Shown here: piece by piece, positions 1-13,544 of the stretch | Layout of the letters: every line of letters begins with the position of its first letter | How positions within the stretch are numbered: the first letter of the stretch is position 1 | Source of the DNA: Eledone cirrhosa | Lineage: Eukaryota | Length of the DNA stretch: 64,000 nt | Direction: 5' to 3' | NCBI GenBank assembly: GCA_964016885.1 | Contig: OZ024756.1 | Span: forward strand, 14,942,001 to 15,006,000 | Program-made: the position numbers and the translations under genes | The notes under the pieces: generated by a model | Databases searched by the model: none | Told to the model about the DNA's origin: nothing | Seen by the model: the letters and a program-made list of their open reading frames with translations, nothing else

Positions 1-42
1 CACATATATATATATATATGTGTGTGTGTGAGTGTGTCTGTG

Positions 43-81
<39 letters not shown>

Positions 82-86
82 TTGTG

Positions 87-126
<40 letters not shown>

Positions 127-270
127 CATATATATATACATACATATATATATATATACATACATATATATATACATACATACATATATACATACATACA
201 TATATACATACATACATATATACATATATGTGTGTGTCTGTGTATATATATATCTGTGTGTGTGTATGTG

Positions 271-362
<92 letters not shown>

Positions 363-368
363 TGTGTA

Positions 369-410
<42 letters not shown>

Positions 411-495
411 AATATACATATATATGTGTGTGTATGTATATATATATATATATGTATATATATGTGTGTGTGTGTGTGTATATATATAGATATAG

Positions 496-537
<42 letters not shown>

Positions 538-653
538 CAATAAACAATGTATTCTAAATTGTTTAAAATACGATACTGGAAGAACGATTTTAAATTTTAC
601 TTCATCACCAAATTTGTTTAATGCCAGGTCTTGTGTGTGTGTATATACAAATA

Positions 654-701
<48 letters not shown>

Positions 702-766
702 CGTGTGTATGTGTGTATACACAAATATGCATATATATATGTGTGTGTGTGTATATACAAATATGC

Positions 767-797
<31 letters not shown>

Positions 798-857
798 CGT
801 GTGTATGTGTGTATACACAAATATGCATATAGATATGTGTGTGTGTATACACAAATA

Positions 858-945
<88 letters not shown>

Positions 946-1391
946 AGCACAAATATGCATATATGTGTGTATATGTGTGTGAGCACAAATATGCATATAT
1001 GTGTGTATATGTGTGTGAGTGTGTACACAAATATGCATATATATGTGTGTATGTGTGTGTATACACAAATATGCATATATATACGTGTGTGTGTGTACAC
1101 AAATATGCATATTTATGTGTGTGTGTGTATGCACAAATATGCGTGTGTGTGTGTATGTGTGTGCATATACACAAATATGCATTTATATGTGTGTGTATGT
1201 GTACACACATGTGTGTGTATACACAAATATATGCGTGTATGTGGGGGTGTGTATATGTGTGTGTGTATGTGTGTCTGTATGTGTGTGTGTATGTGTGTAT
1301 GTGTGTTCTGTTGATAAAAAGAGAAAGAGCAAGAAAGAGATGCAGAGAGGGGGAAGACGGGGGAAGAGAGAAAGAGAGAGAGAGGACGTGA

Positions 1392-1446
<55 letters not shown>

Positions 1447-1776
1447 ATGTATCTGTACATGTGTGTGCGTGTACATGTGTGTGTGTACATGTGTGTGTGT
1501 GTACATGTGTGTCTGCATGTTTGTCCAGCCCGTTACATGTTCGCACATAACACGCAGACACTGTGTGTGCGTGTTATGTGCATACGCATTCAGAGAAACA
1601 TACTCACGTACACACAGATATACATATGTGTGTGTGCACACACAGATATGTGTATGTGCACACATACACACATATATATCTGTGTACTCATACACACATA
1701 TGTATATCTGTATATACACACACACACGTATATCTGTGTGCGCGCGTGATCAGTAGCCCATACATATATATACACA

Positions 1777-1852
<76 letters not shown>

Positions 1853-2600
1853 GCTAGCAGTCCATATACGCACATATGATATGCACGCTCACACACTAGC
1901 CACCAGCCCTACCCGCATACACACACAAACACACACACACATACATACATTACACACATACATACAGCTCCCCACACACACACACCACCACCACCACACT
2001 GCACACCCCCATGCCGACCACTAAGCACACACCCCCAACGCATCCACTCACACACACACACACATTGTACACCCCCATCCCGCACACACACTCACACACA
2101 CACACATTGTACACCCCCATTCCGCACACATACACACACACACTCACACACACACACACCAGACACGCATCACCAGCACACATATGCACCTCATCACCAC
2201 ACTCACCCAATCATGTACACACACACACAACTTTCACATATGTGTTTGTGTGTGTGTTTCTGTATTTGTATGCGTGTGCATGTGGTGGTGTGTCTGTATG
2301 TCTGTATGTGTGTATGTGTGTATGGCGGTATATGTGTCTGTGTGTCTGTATGTGTGTGTGTGTATGACGGTAAATGCGTGTGTGTCTATATGTGTGTGTG
2401 TGTGTATGGGGTGCATATGTGTGTGTGTCTGTGTGTGTGTTTATGTGGCGGAGTGTGTGTGTGTGTATATGGCGGTATATGTGTCTGTATGTCTGTATGT
2501 GTGTGTGTTTGTATGGCGGTATTGTATGTGTATGTGTGCTGTATGTGTGTGTATGTGTATGTATGGTGTATAAATGTGTGTGTGTGTGTGTCTGTATGTA

Positions 2601-2650
<50 letters not shown>
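1..2650. repeat. Compound (TA)n/(TG)n microsatellite region
   Basis: Direct reading. Includes many cacaaatatgcat interruptions at 645-1230. Confidence 0.95.
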
Positions 2651-2651
<1 letters not shown>

Positions 2652-2690
2652 TAGAGACGCTGACAGCCGGCGAGTGTATATAGATGAGCC

Positions 2691-2769
2691 ATGGAGTACG
2701 GACGGCGTATATTAAGTGTGCTGTTGATACCACTACTGCTTCTCTGGATCATTAGCCATCATACAGCAG
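2691..2769 (+). CDS. First coding exon (signal peptide) of an NCAM/fasciclin-II-like Ig cell-adhesion gene
   Basis: gccATGg start. Encodes MEYGRRILSVLLIPLLLLWIISHHTA (basic n-region plus hydrophobic h-region). Ends CAG|gtaaga in phase 1, which joins in frame to the exon at 36593. Confidence 0.8.
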
Positions 2770-2934
2770 GTAAGAAAGGATTCCATATACCCCCGTTGAC
2801 CCCTTTGTTGTCCTGTAGTAGCAGGGATCCCCTAGAGGGGCCACCGAGGTTAGAGACCCCACAACCCTACCACCACCAAAACTTTCAATGAAAAATAATA
2901 ATTCAAAAAAGAAAATACTTCGTTATTTTAAATC

Positions 2935-2996
<62 letters not shown>

Positions 2997-3159
2997 TCGA
3001 AGAAATATATTTATAAGGAGTTCTTACACATGTTACCCCCAAGTTGGGCTCCTCGGAGGAAAGTAAAGGGTTTAATTAGGAACCCTGAATGGGTATGAAT
3101 ACGATTTTAACATCGAAATTCATATCTCGGTGTTACAAAGTTATATGCTTATGTTTGTG

Positions 3160-3215
<56 letters not shown>

Positions 3216-3436
3216 AACATAAGCATAGTGGCGGTGAAACTGGGATCAGGGCGTCACGACCTCCCCAATAATTATATTTTCCCCCCAAACTACCAAAACA
3301 CGCATCTATTTGTACATACGCCACAATTTATGTATATGTTATGTTTATTACATCTCGAAGTTGTTTTATATCTTTGTTGATATTTGATAACCGCTAAACT
3401 AATCACGACTGAATTGACCAAATGCTTTTACCACCC

Positions 3437-3497
<61 letters not shown>

Positions 3498-3499
<2 letters not shown>

Positions 3500-3690
3500 C
3501 GAAGGAATTGTGGTAAGGAACCAGATGGACCATAACGCACCAAAGTACTCAATACTTAGGGTAGTAGAGTGGAAAATGGGAACAAGTATGACCCCGACGG
3601 CAGAGCTCAAGCCGTTTCGACGGCTATTTCGAGTCCAGAAATAGCCGTCGAAACGGCTTGAGCTCTGCCGTCGGGGTCATACTTGTTCCC
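3498..3690. mobile_element. Fold-back mini-element, family A (other copies at 7029-7152, 46582-46788, 58268-58460, 58476-58668)
   Basis: Shared ~190 bp sequence with an inverted duplication of about 55 bp at one end. Always bounded by (TA)n. Confidence 0.85.
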
Positions 3691-3989
3691 ATATATATAT
3701 ATATATGTGTGTTATATATGTGTGTGTGTGTGTATATATATATATATGGGGGTTGTATGTATGTATTCCTTTATTATTTTCAGTCAATAGACTGCGGCCA
3801 AGCTAGGGTACCGCCTAAACAGTATTTAACCAATCTTATCGACCCGAAAACTCTTCTTTTTTTTTTGTTTTCTCAAGTCTGGTACATATTTTATTGGTCT
3901 GATATTGTCGAACCGCTAGGCTACGGAAACAAACACAAACACCGGCACGAACGTAAACATAGATACGGACACAAACACACTCACTGGCA

Positions 3990-5183
3990 CTACTACTACT
4001 ACTACTACAACACCAATAGCAACACCATTACACCACTACCACCATCATCACCGACACCACCATCAACAATAACACCCCAATATCAACACCACCACCACCA
4101 ACAACAACTCCAACAACACCACCACCAACAACAACAACACCACCACCACCAATAACACCACCACCAACACCACCACCAACAACGCCAACACCAACAACAC
4201 CACCACCTACAACAACACCACCAATAACACCACCACCACGAACAACAACAACACCAACAACAACTCCAACAACACCACCACCACCAACACCAACACCACC
4301 ACCACCACCACCACCACCACCAACAACAACACCACCACCAACACCACCACCACCAACAACCCCACCACCACGAACAACAACAACACCACCAATAACACCA
4401 CCACCACGAACAACAACAACACCAACAACAACTCCAACAACACCACCACCACCAACAACAACACCACCACCAACACCACCACCAACACCACCACCACCAA
4501 CAACAACAACACCACCACCAACACCACCACCAACACCACCAACAACCCCACCACCACGAACAACAACAACACCACCAACAACCCCACCACCACGAACAAC
4601 AACAACAACACCACCAACACCAGGACCACCAACAACAACAACACCAACAACACCAACATCACCACCAGCAACGACACACCTACCAACACCACCAACGACA
4701 CCACCACCAACACCAACACCACTAACAACACTAACACCAACACTACCAACAACAACACCGTCAACAACACCACCACCAACAACACCAACAACAACACCAA
4801 CAACATCAACAACAACACCACCACCACCAACACCCCCAACATCAACAACAACACCACCACCACCAACACCCCCAACACAAACAACAACACCACCACCACC
4901 AACAACACCACCACCACCAATAACACGACCCCCAACACCACCCCCAACAACAACAACACCACCAACAACACCACCACCCCCAACACAAACAACAACACCA
5001 CCACCACCAACAACACCACCACCACCAATAACACGACCCCCAACACCACCCCCAACAACAACAACACCACCAACCACCACCAACAACACCACCACCACCA
5101 ATAACACGACCCCCAACACCACCCCCAACAACAACAACAACACCACCAACCACCACCACCACCACCAACAACACCAACAACAA
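3990..5183. repeat. (CAC/CAA)n trinucleotide-derived repeat
   Basis: Direct reading. Confidence 0.95.
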
Positions 5184-5753
5184 ATCGCTACTTTCACCGT
5201 TCACCGGATTATATATATAATCCTTATCAAGTCCTCTTCGGATTTCAGTCTTCACATTTATTATTACTACATATATATAAACAAAAATGGCGTAGACATA
5301 CAGTACAACAGGAGGAACATAATAGTACCACTGATGATGTTGCAGATGTGCAACGAAAGAACTTTGTTAGACTATATTTATGTGTTTATATCTATATTAT
5401 ATCTGTATTTTTGACCGTTGGTCAGTCAATGGTAAACATTGAGGACCAAATAAATTAACTATGGAGATATAAAAGATACAGAAGCGAAAACCAACCAAAC
5501 AGTGACTGTGTTCTGTTATTATTTCTGGCAATATTATTACAATATGACCCTCCCCAAGTATAACAATGTATGTATATATATATATATATATATAGATTTT
5601 GAGTATATGTTGGTTGTATACCAACACCTCAGTATGCAGGCTGGAGCACTCCTCAGTGAAGTAACAACCCAACCAGGAACTGGACATATCAGAGTTTTAA
5701 CAATATTATACACCTCAACAACATATGTACTTGTCTATACCATACTAATTCAA

Positions 5754-5808
5754 ACTGCCTGAAGAGGTCACAGCCAAAGATGGCTGTCACTGAAATATAT
5801 ATAGCAGT
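5754..5808 (+). ncRNA. Minimal type-I hammerhead ribozyme motif
   Basis: actgc-CTGAAGA-ggtcacagcca/aaga/tggctgtcact-GAAA-tatata-TA-gcagt. Perfect 5-bp stem I. Confidence 0.85.
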
Positions 5809-5853
5809 AATAAACGAAGCTAAATTTTAAACATTTAACTTTTTATTTAACTT

Positions 5854-5900
<47 letters not shown>

Positions 5901-5928
5901 ATCAAAAGATGGTTAAAAGAGTTCCAAG

Positions 5929-5999
5929 TATTTTATTATGCGCATTTCAAAAACAAATATCATCATGGGATGATATCTGCGTTCTCATCAGATAAAATA
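5929..5999 (-). ncRNA. Minimal type-I hammerhead ribozyme motif
   Basis: Reverse complement: tattttat-CTGATGA-gaacgcagatatcatc/ccat/gatgatatttgttttt-GAAA-tgcgca-TA-ataaaata. Confidence 0.85.
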
Positions 6000-6089
6000 G
6001 GGAGACATGATATGAAACTTAAAAAACACTTGTGAGCAGTGAAGTTTTAAATCAACATATGTTGTGCTACAATAAAACACACCTCCTAC

Positions 6090-6135
<46 letters not shown>

Positions 6136-6139
6136 CATG

Positions 6140-6251
6140 TATGTACGTTCTTTTGGTTTTATATTTTTTTTAATGTTTACCAATAGAGAGTCGGTTTCTA
6201 ACATAGATACAAGACTCTTCATTGGAATTTACACATCAACTAGATAGATTT
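6140..6251 (-). mobile_element. Short 3'-UTR copy of the R4/Dong-type element
   Basis: Reverse complement matches about 14905-15011 (tagttgatgtgtaaattccaatga...cttgt.tctatgttagaaacc). Confidence 0.75.
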
Positions 6252-6359
6252 GTCTGCGTGCGTGCGTGCGTGCGTACGTGTGCAGGTATGGATGTTATTT
6301 TATGTGTGGATGTGTATGTATGGGCACGCGAACGCACACACAACATTATATATATAGTA

Positions 6360-6552
6360 AGGCGGTGGATTGGCAGTATTGGTAGAGAGTCGGACGACGC
6401 CATGCTTTGAAGCATAGAGTTACGTCTCTTTATGATCTGAGTTCAAATCCCGCCAAGGTTAACTTTGCCTTTCATCCTTACGGGGTCGATAAAATAAAGT
6501 ACCAGTAATGTACTGGGTAATTGCTGGCCTTGTGGCAAAAGTAGAAACAATT
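6360..6552 (+). mobile_element. tRNA-derived SINE (same family)
   Basis: Full head, body and tail. Further copies at 13286-13420(-), 34775-34910(-), 43870-44040(+), 45505-45684(-), 48070-48216(+) and 62737-63055(+, two). Confidence 0.9.
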
Positions 6553-7150
6553 ATATATATAGTAATAATAAATGTGAAGATTAAAATCCGAACAGGGCTC
6601 AATAAGGATTATATATATAATCCCCTTAAGAATGAAAGTAGCGATTCTTTGCTTAAACTTTAATCTGTTCTTATAATATACATATACATATACATAGGGA
6701 TTTAGTGATTTAATCCTGGTATGTATATAAGTATTTCTAACATTAAGTTTTACCTAATTATGTATGGTTGACCGTGTATTTAATTAATTTCCACGTGCTG
6801 TCGAAATGTTTGGTAAATATTCTATAGCGGTTGCACGCGAAGACGCCACGATGGCGTATTTATTTACTGTTTCTTCATAGATGCCTTTTATTCTTATAGC
6901 CTGGTCTAATTGATTTTTTGTGTGGTTAATTATGCTGATTGGGAGTAGAGATAATGTATATATATTATCAAATAATTCTCTGGACATGCTTTACTCTATA
7001 GTATACATATATATATGTATACTATAGAGTCGAAACGGCTTGAGCTCAGCTGCCGGGGTCTTACTGGTTCCTATTACCCACTCTACTACCTCAAGTATTG
7101 AGTACTTTGGTGCGTTATGGTCCACCTGGTTCCTTACCACATTTCCTCCG

Positions 7151-7201
<51 letters not shown>

Positions 7202-7331
7202 CAAAGGGATATTTAATTTGTTGGTAATTCAACAAATATATTTATAACAGATTCGAAGCACTCAACAAGATTTTCTGGAGTATAATATCAATGATATTAA
7301 TAAATGGAAACTATATTTATAAAACCATATT

Positions 7332-7391
7332 TATTCTATTATATATATTTCAAGGGTACCAACATTTGGTACGCTCTCATCAGATAAAATA
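7332..7391 (-). ncRNA. Minimal type-I hammerhead ribozyme motif
   Basis: Reverse complement: tattttat-CTGATGA-gagcgtaccaa...ttggtaccctt-GAAA-tatata-TA-atagaata. Confidence 0.82.
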
Positions 7392-7480
7392 CAAAATTTG
7401 TTTTATAAATAGTGACATATCCAGGAATGAGACCTTAACGGTTCAAGTTTCACCTGGATAGCACATACTCAAATTAATAT

Positions 7481-7555
<75 letters not shown>

Positions 7556-7874
7556 TACGTATCGAGAGAGAGAGAGAAAGGAGGGATAGGTGATACATGA
7601 GGTTATTAGCCAAATAGCGTATGCAGAAGGTACTCAATACTGGTGCTGGCAGTGTTAAATATTAGAAGTGTTAATATTTAGTGGGCGAGAGAGTTAGCAG
7701 AGTCTAAGCACGTGGAAAAGTAAGAAATCGGAGAACAGACCGTTAAAACATGTTTATTTAAAACAGCACCTACGTACGTTTCGCCCGGATGGGCTTCTCA
7801 GGGGCATAAGTAACTAAAAGTGTTCCTTACATGACCCGGAAAATGGTTTTTGAAAAGCGTGTTTTAATTTTGCA

Positions 7875-7922
<48 letters not shown>

Positions 7923-8083
7923 CATTCAGGATACTATTTATGGTTATGTATATACTAAAACCTTTTATAGTTATATATATTTTAAACCCTAAATAGTGAA
8001 AGGCAGTAATTTATTACTATCTTATTACCAGTAAGATAAATAGCTCAATGTAACAACATCAGTTGTTTTACAGAGCAGTTATA

Positions 8084-8145
<62 letters not shown>

Positions 8146-8231
8146 TTCGAGTATGTGCTAGTTTATAATCGACACTTCAGTATGCAGGGTAGAGCACTCG
8201 ACGGAGTGGGTCTGTTTACTCCGGATTATAT

Positions 8232-11200
8232 CTATATGAACATGAAGTACAAGTCAACAGGTTTTACAACCAAGTAACTGTAGGTTTTGCTTTGTACATA
8301 GGCAAGGGGGGTCTTCTGTAATACTGCGTAGCGCCAAAGATCTCGGTCCAGTGACATTGTCTTAGAGAGGTGCAAGTGTGTAAGGTCGGAATTTATCAGA
8401 TCGTCCCAGGTTTTTCTGGGTCTACCTACTCCGTAACTACCATCAATTTTGATCGTCCTGCACTTTTTTATACAGCTGTCGTCTTTCACGCGCATCACGT
8501 GATCATACCAACGTAGTCTTGTCCCAAGTAAACAGCATCTGATCCCTCTTATTCCTAATTTCTCATTTAGTTCATTTATGCTTTGCCGTTCACGTATATT
8601 ACTATTACACATCCAACGGAGCATGCATGCTTCGTTCCTTTCCAGTCTGCGCAGGTCCTCTGCACACAATGCCCAGGTCTCACTGCCATGTAGCATTGCT
8701 GTTCGTATGCAGGCATCATACAATCTGCCTTTCATTTTTAGAGAGAAACCTTTTGTGGCCAACAGTGGTATAAGCTCTCTGAACTTTTTCCATCCCGTTC
8801 TGACTCTGGCTACTGTACTTTCAGAACACCCTCCTCCACTGCTGATTTCGTCACCCAGGTAACGGAAATTGTCCAATATTTCTATAGAACCATCTGGGCA
8901 ATAGAAGGAGCTAGTATCCTGTGGACACTTGCTACTTATTGCACCTGAGCATCGGCCACATATAAAGTTAACGTTCTTAGATAGTTTACCTGTGATCCCA
9001 CTACATCTTTTATGTACCCATACTTTGCATTTGGGATATAAAAGGGAATTTCTGCCTACTCCTTTCCTATACACTGAGCATGGGAATTTCCCTGAGGGCA
9101 CCTGTTCCCTATTTTCCTTTCTACAAACTAGAACTTTACTCTTAGACAAGTTAACTTTAAGGCCTTTTGATTCTAGGCCATGTTTCCATGTTTGGAATTT
9201 CTTCTCTAGTTCAACCATTGATTCAGCTATGAGCGTCAGATCATCTGCGTATAGGAGTTCCCATGGACAGCCGGTCTTGAAATCCTCTGTTATAGCCTGA
9301 AGGGCAATAATAAATAAGAGGGGGGGGGGCTAATGACAGAGCCTTGAGGAACACCAACTTTTACACTAAATTCTTCAAAATATTCATTGTTAATTCTAAT
9401 CTTACTGACTGTTTCTTTATACATAGCTTGTATAGCTCTCGCAAACCATTTATCTACACCTAGTTTTCTAAGAGCCCACCAGATAATGGAGCGGGGGACT
9501 CTGTCAAAGGCTTTCTCCGGGTCTACAAAAGCTAAATAGAGGGGTTTACTTTTAGCTAGGTACTTCTCCGGTAGTTGTCGTACAAGGAAATGAGCGTCTG
9601 TGGTACTTTTACCTGACACCAACAGAAACTGCATTTCATCTAAATCAATTCGCTCTCTGAATAGTTGCGCTATAACTCTTTCTGTGACCTTCATAACCGG
9701 GTCAACTAACTTAATGCCTCTATAGTTTCCCCTATCTAGAGCATCCCCTTTTACCCTTGTAACAGTTAATGATGATGTTGCTACGCCACTCTTTTGGTAT
9801 GACCCCATTCTGTATTACTTGCTTAACTATACGGGTGACCATAGTATGTCCCACCATTCCAGATGCCTTCAACATCTCAGCAATTATCTCCGAAGGCCCT
9901 GCTGCCTTGCCTGTCTCCATATCTTTCATTGCCTTACTTATTATACTACCTTTAACTTGCACCGCTGGTCCTTCTATTGGATCGATTTGGGGCAGACTAT
10001 CTTTTTCCCATTTATTCTCCTCATTTCCAGACTATCTTCTTCTTAGTATCAATGAGAGCAGGTACACCGTTATCATTACGGACACACTTCTCCCCGACAA
10101 TATCACGGTTTTCCTTGACACATTGTCTAGCAATCCTGAACATCTTACGTTTTTGGTCTTTACGTTGTAGAACATGCTTGAACTTTCTATCCTCTGCTTC
10201 CCTTTTTGCAAGGTACACTTGTCTCCTAGCTTCTCTCCTGGCCACTTGATAGTGCTCTCTACTTCCCCCATCCTGCCATACTTTCCAAGCCTGCTTTTTG
10301 GCATTGATTGTCTCCTCCACCTTACTGTTCCACCACCATGTCACTCTCCTCCTGCCAATAGGTCTGCTCCAGCCACAGATTTCATCCGTTGCTTTCAACA
10401 GGTTCACTTTCAAGAATTGCCACTGTTCCTCTATATTGCACGTCTCTAATTGCTCTTCCTTATTGTCAAAGGTATCAAGTAATAAGCTTTTAAATTTGTC
10501 ACTGGCTATGGGGTCCTTCAACTTCCATATTCTTCTCCTCAATGTAGGCCTCCTCTGTCGCCGAGTACGTCTATTTCTGACTATGAGGTCACTAACTACT
10601 AGGCTATGTTGGGAGGTGCATTCTTCACGGGGGAGGGATTTAGTGTTTACAACAGACACTTTGTCCCGTCTTCTAGTAAGGATATAATCTATCTGGCTGG
10701 CATGTTCCCCTGATCTATAGGTGATCAAGTGGTTTTCTCGTTTTTTGAAGTTTGTGTAACAGATAGTTAGGTTATTAGCGTCACAGAATTCCAGGATTCT
10801 GAAGCCTTCCTCATTTCTATTTCCAACCCCATAGCCTCCATGGATTCCATCATAGCCATCACTATGTTGTCCAACATGACCGTTTAGATCGCCAGCCAAA
10901 TTAAGTAGTCGCTATCGGTTATTTGGGAGGTAGTGTGCATTAGCGTCTCGTAGAACCTGTCCTTTATAACGTCAGGTAGACCAGATTGGGGTGCATAAGA
11001 GGATATTATTGTCACAGTAGTTCTATTTAGAACTAGTCTTATTTTAATTATTCTGTCATTCACTCTATTTACATCAATTACCTTATCTACCCATTTTTCA
11101 GCTAACATAATTCCTACTCCACCCAGTCCGTTGTCAACCCAGAAAAGTTTATAGCATCGTTTTTTACCCACGATGAATCTGGCAGACCCACCTCTCCACC

Positions 11201-11400
11201 TAGTCTCTTGAATACAACAAACATCAACTTCTTTACGTTCAAGCATTTCTACAACCTCATTTGAGCGACCTTTCAATGTGCCTGCGTTCATGGTACCAAC
11301 TCTGAAGTTGGGAGGGTGGGATGGATGGGTTGGAGGGGCAGGGAGGGGTGTGGGAGATGGAATTATGTTGGTCATCCGTGTCTGAAATAAAGAGGGGTCC
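8232..11400 (-). mobile_element. Near full-length but frameshifted RTE-clade LINE (APE endonuclease + RT + PHD-like finger)
   Basis: ORF fragments in the correct order. APE: GTMNAGTL, CIQETRW, SYAPQ, AGDLNGHVG, IDYIL, SQH. RT: KGDALDRGNYRGIKL, EKAFDRVPR, GVPQGSV, ELLYADDL. C-terminus: RLRWYDHVMR...GRPRKTW. Confidence 0.95.
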
Positions 11401-12030
11401 TTGTATTCTCGTCCTGCAGCGGGAGGTGAATTTATTTTTATCTATGACATTGTCATTGAGTGCTTAGAGTTTCCAAATTCTGCAGTCCACCCATCAAACA
11501 GGTCTAAACTTAAGGAGTAGTAGCCGAGGTGGTAGCTTTGCTATACTGATTTGTTAGAGAACTTACTATAAGCCGCTTAGTTGTGATTGGACCATATAGC
11601 AATGGTGGTGTGTGGGTGTTGGGAGGTCGGGAAATGGGTAAGATTAGTTTTTAGGATGGGTCCGACAGAATGAGACATTATTAAAAACATGTAAAATACT
11701 AATTGAAAATCCGAGAGAAAAACGGAGAATTTGAATTCAAGACTGGCATAAAACACTGCTTATTGAGTCAAGTTTATGGGTAATATGTATATATATATAT
11801 AAGAAAAATGGAGTGCTGCGTGGTTCCACATGGGTTACATATGAATAAAATTAATCCTTCATCAGTGATCTTCCAACCTTCATTGGTATTTCATCGCTTT
11901 AAAAAATATATAGCTTTTAACGTCTCTTCTAGCAACGAGTTTTCTCATATATATATATACAGGCATTTTCACAAACGAGCACATGTACACTCCTCTTCAG
12001 TCACCCCTTGCAAATATGTATATAGGTAAG

Positions 12031-12067
<37 letters not shown>

Positions 12068-12266
12068 ATATATTATTTATTGCAGTGTGGCCTGTTGTCA
12101 AATCCAAAATGGACGATAATCTTTCAATATGGCGTTTGAATGAATAAGCTATGCACATTTACAGTGTTACTGTTGTAAATATAGAGGCATTGTTTTCTAT
12201 CGCTGACATTTTATAGTCAAATACGTTTATATATATACATATATATATATATATACATATATACAC

Positions 12267-12304
<38 letters not shown>

Positions 12305-13544
12305 GTATATATATATATATGTATGTATATATGTATGCTTCTAAGTGTGTATATGGTCAACCATCATAATATGCACGTGTGTATATATCCAATGTGTGTA
12401 TATATATATATATATATATCCAATGTATGTGTATATCCAATATATATATACAGGCACACATATATATATATATATACACGCACACATATACACACACACA
12501 TATATATATACACGCACACATATACACACACACACATATATATACACACATATATACACACACACACATATATATACACACACATTTATATACACGCACA
12601 CATATACACACACACACACACATATATATACATACATATACATAGACACACATATATACACGCACACATATACACATACATATATATACATATATATATA
12701 TACACACATATAAACATACATATATATACATCTCCAACAGCGATAATGAGGGACAGAGACCGCTGGAGAGAACTCGTCCATGGATGTCGGGAATTTTACC
12801 CGCCTTAGATAGATATATACATACACACATATATAGACACACATATATATATATACATATATACACACACATATATATATATATACACATATATACACAC
12901 ACATATATATATATATATACACATATATACACACACATATATATATATACACATATACACACACATATATATATATACACATATACACATATACACACAT
13001 ATCTATACACATATACACACATATATACATATATATACACACATATATATATATACATATACATATACACACATTTATATATACATATATATACACACAT
13101 ATATATATATATATACACACATATTTATATATACATACATATAAATATATATATACAAATACATATACATACATATACAAATACATATATATATACATAT
13201 ATATATACACACATATAAACATACATATATATATACATATATATATATACATACACACATATATACACAATTTTCAAATAGCTAATAATTGTTTCTACTT
13301 TTGGCACAAGGCCAGCAATTACCCAATGCAATACTGGTACTTTATTTTATCGACCCCGTAAGGATGAAAGGCAAAGTCAACCTCGGCGGGATTTGAACTC
13401 AGATCGTAAAGGGACGTAATAGCTAATAATGATGATATTTACCAAAAAGAAGAACAAGTCAACATCATTGGATACCATCACAATTGACATACATACACAT
13501 ATACATACGATGAGAACATATTATATAATGGTATCTGTAATAAA

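Noticed and set aside
645-1230. cacaaatatgcat repeats separated by variable spacers
   Set aside because: The spacers are only TA/TG runs, so this is a compound microsatellite amplified by slippage.
18-2733. Long C/V/Y/I/H/T-rich ORFs here and at 12323-13331, 16909-28442 and 38651-40653
   Set aside because: They are translations of (TA)n/(CA)n microsatellites, which lack stop codons.
4028-5197. Gly/Val-rich or mucin-like Thr/Pro ORF
   Set aside because: Trinucleotide repeat open in several frames, with no convincing exon boundaries.
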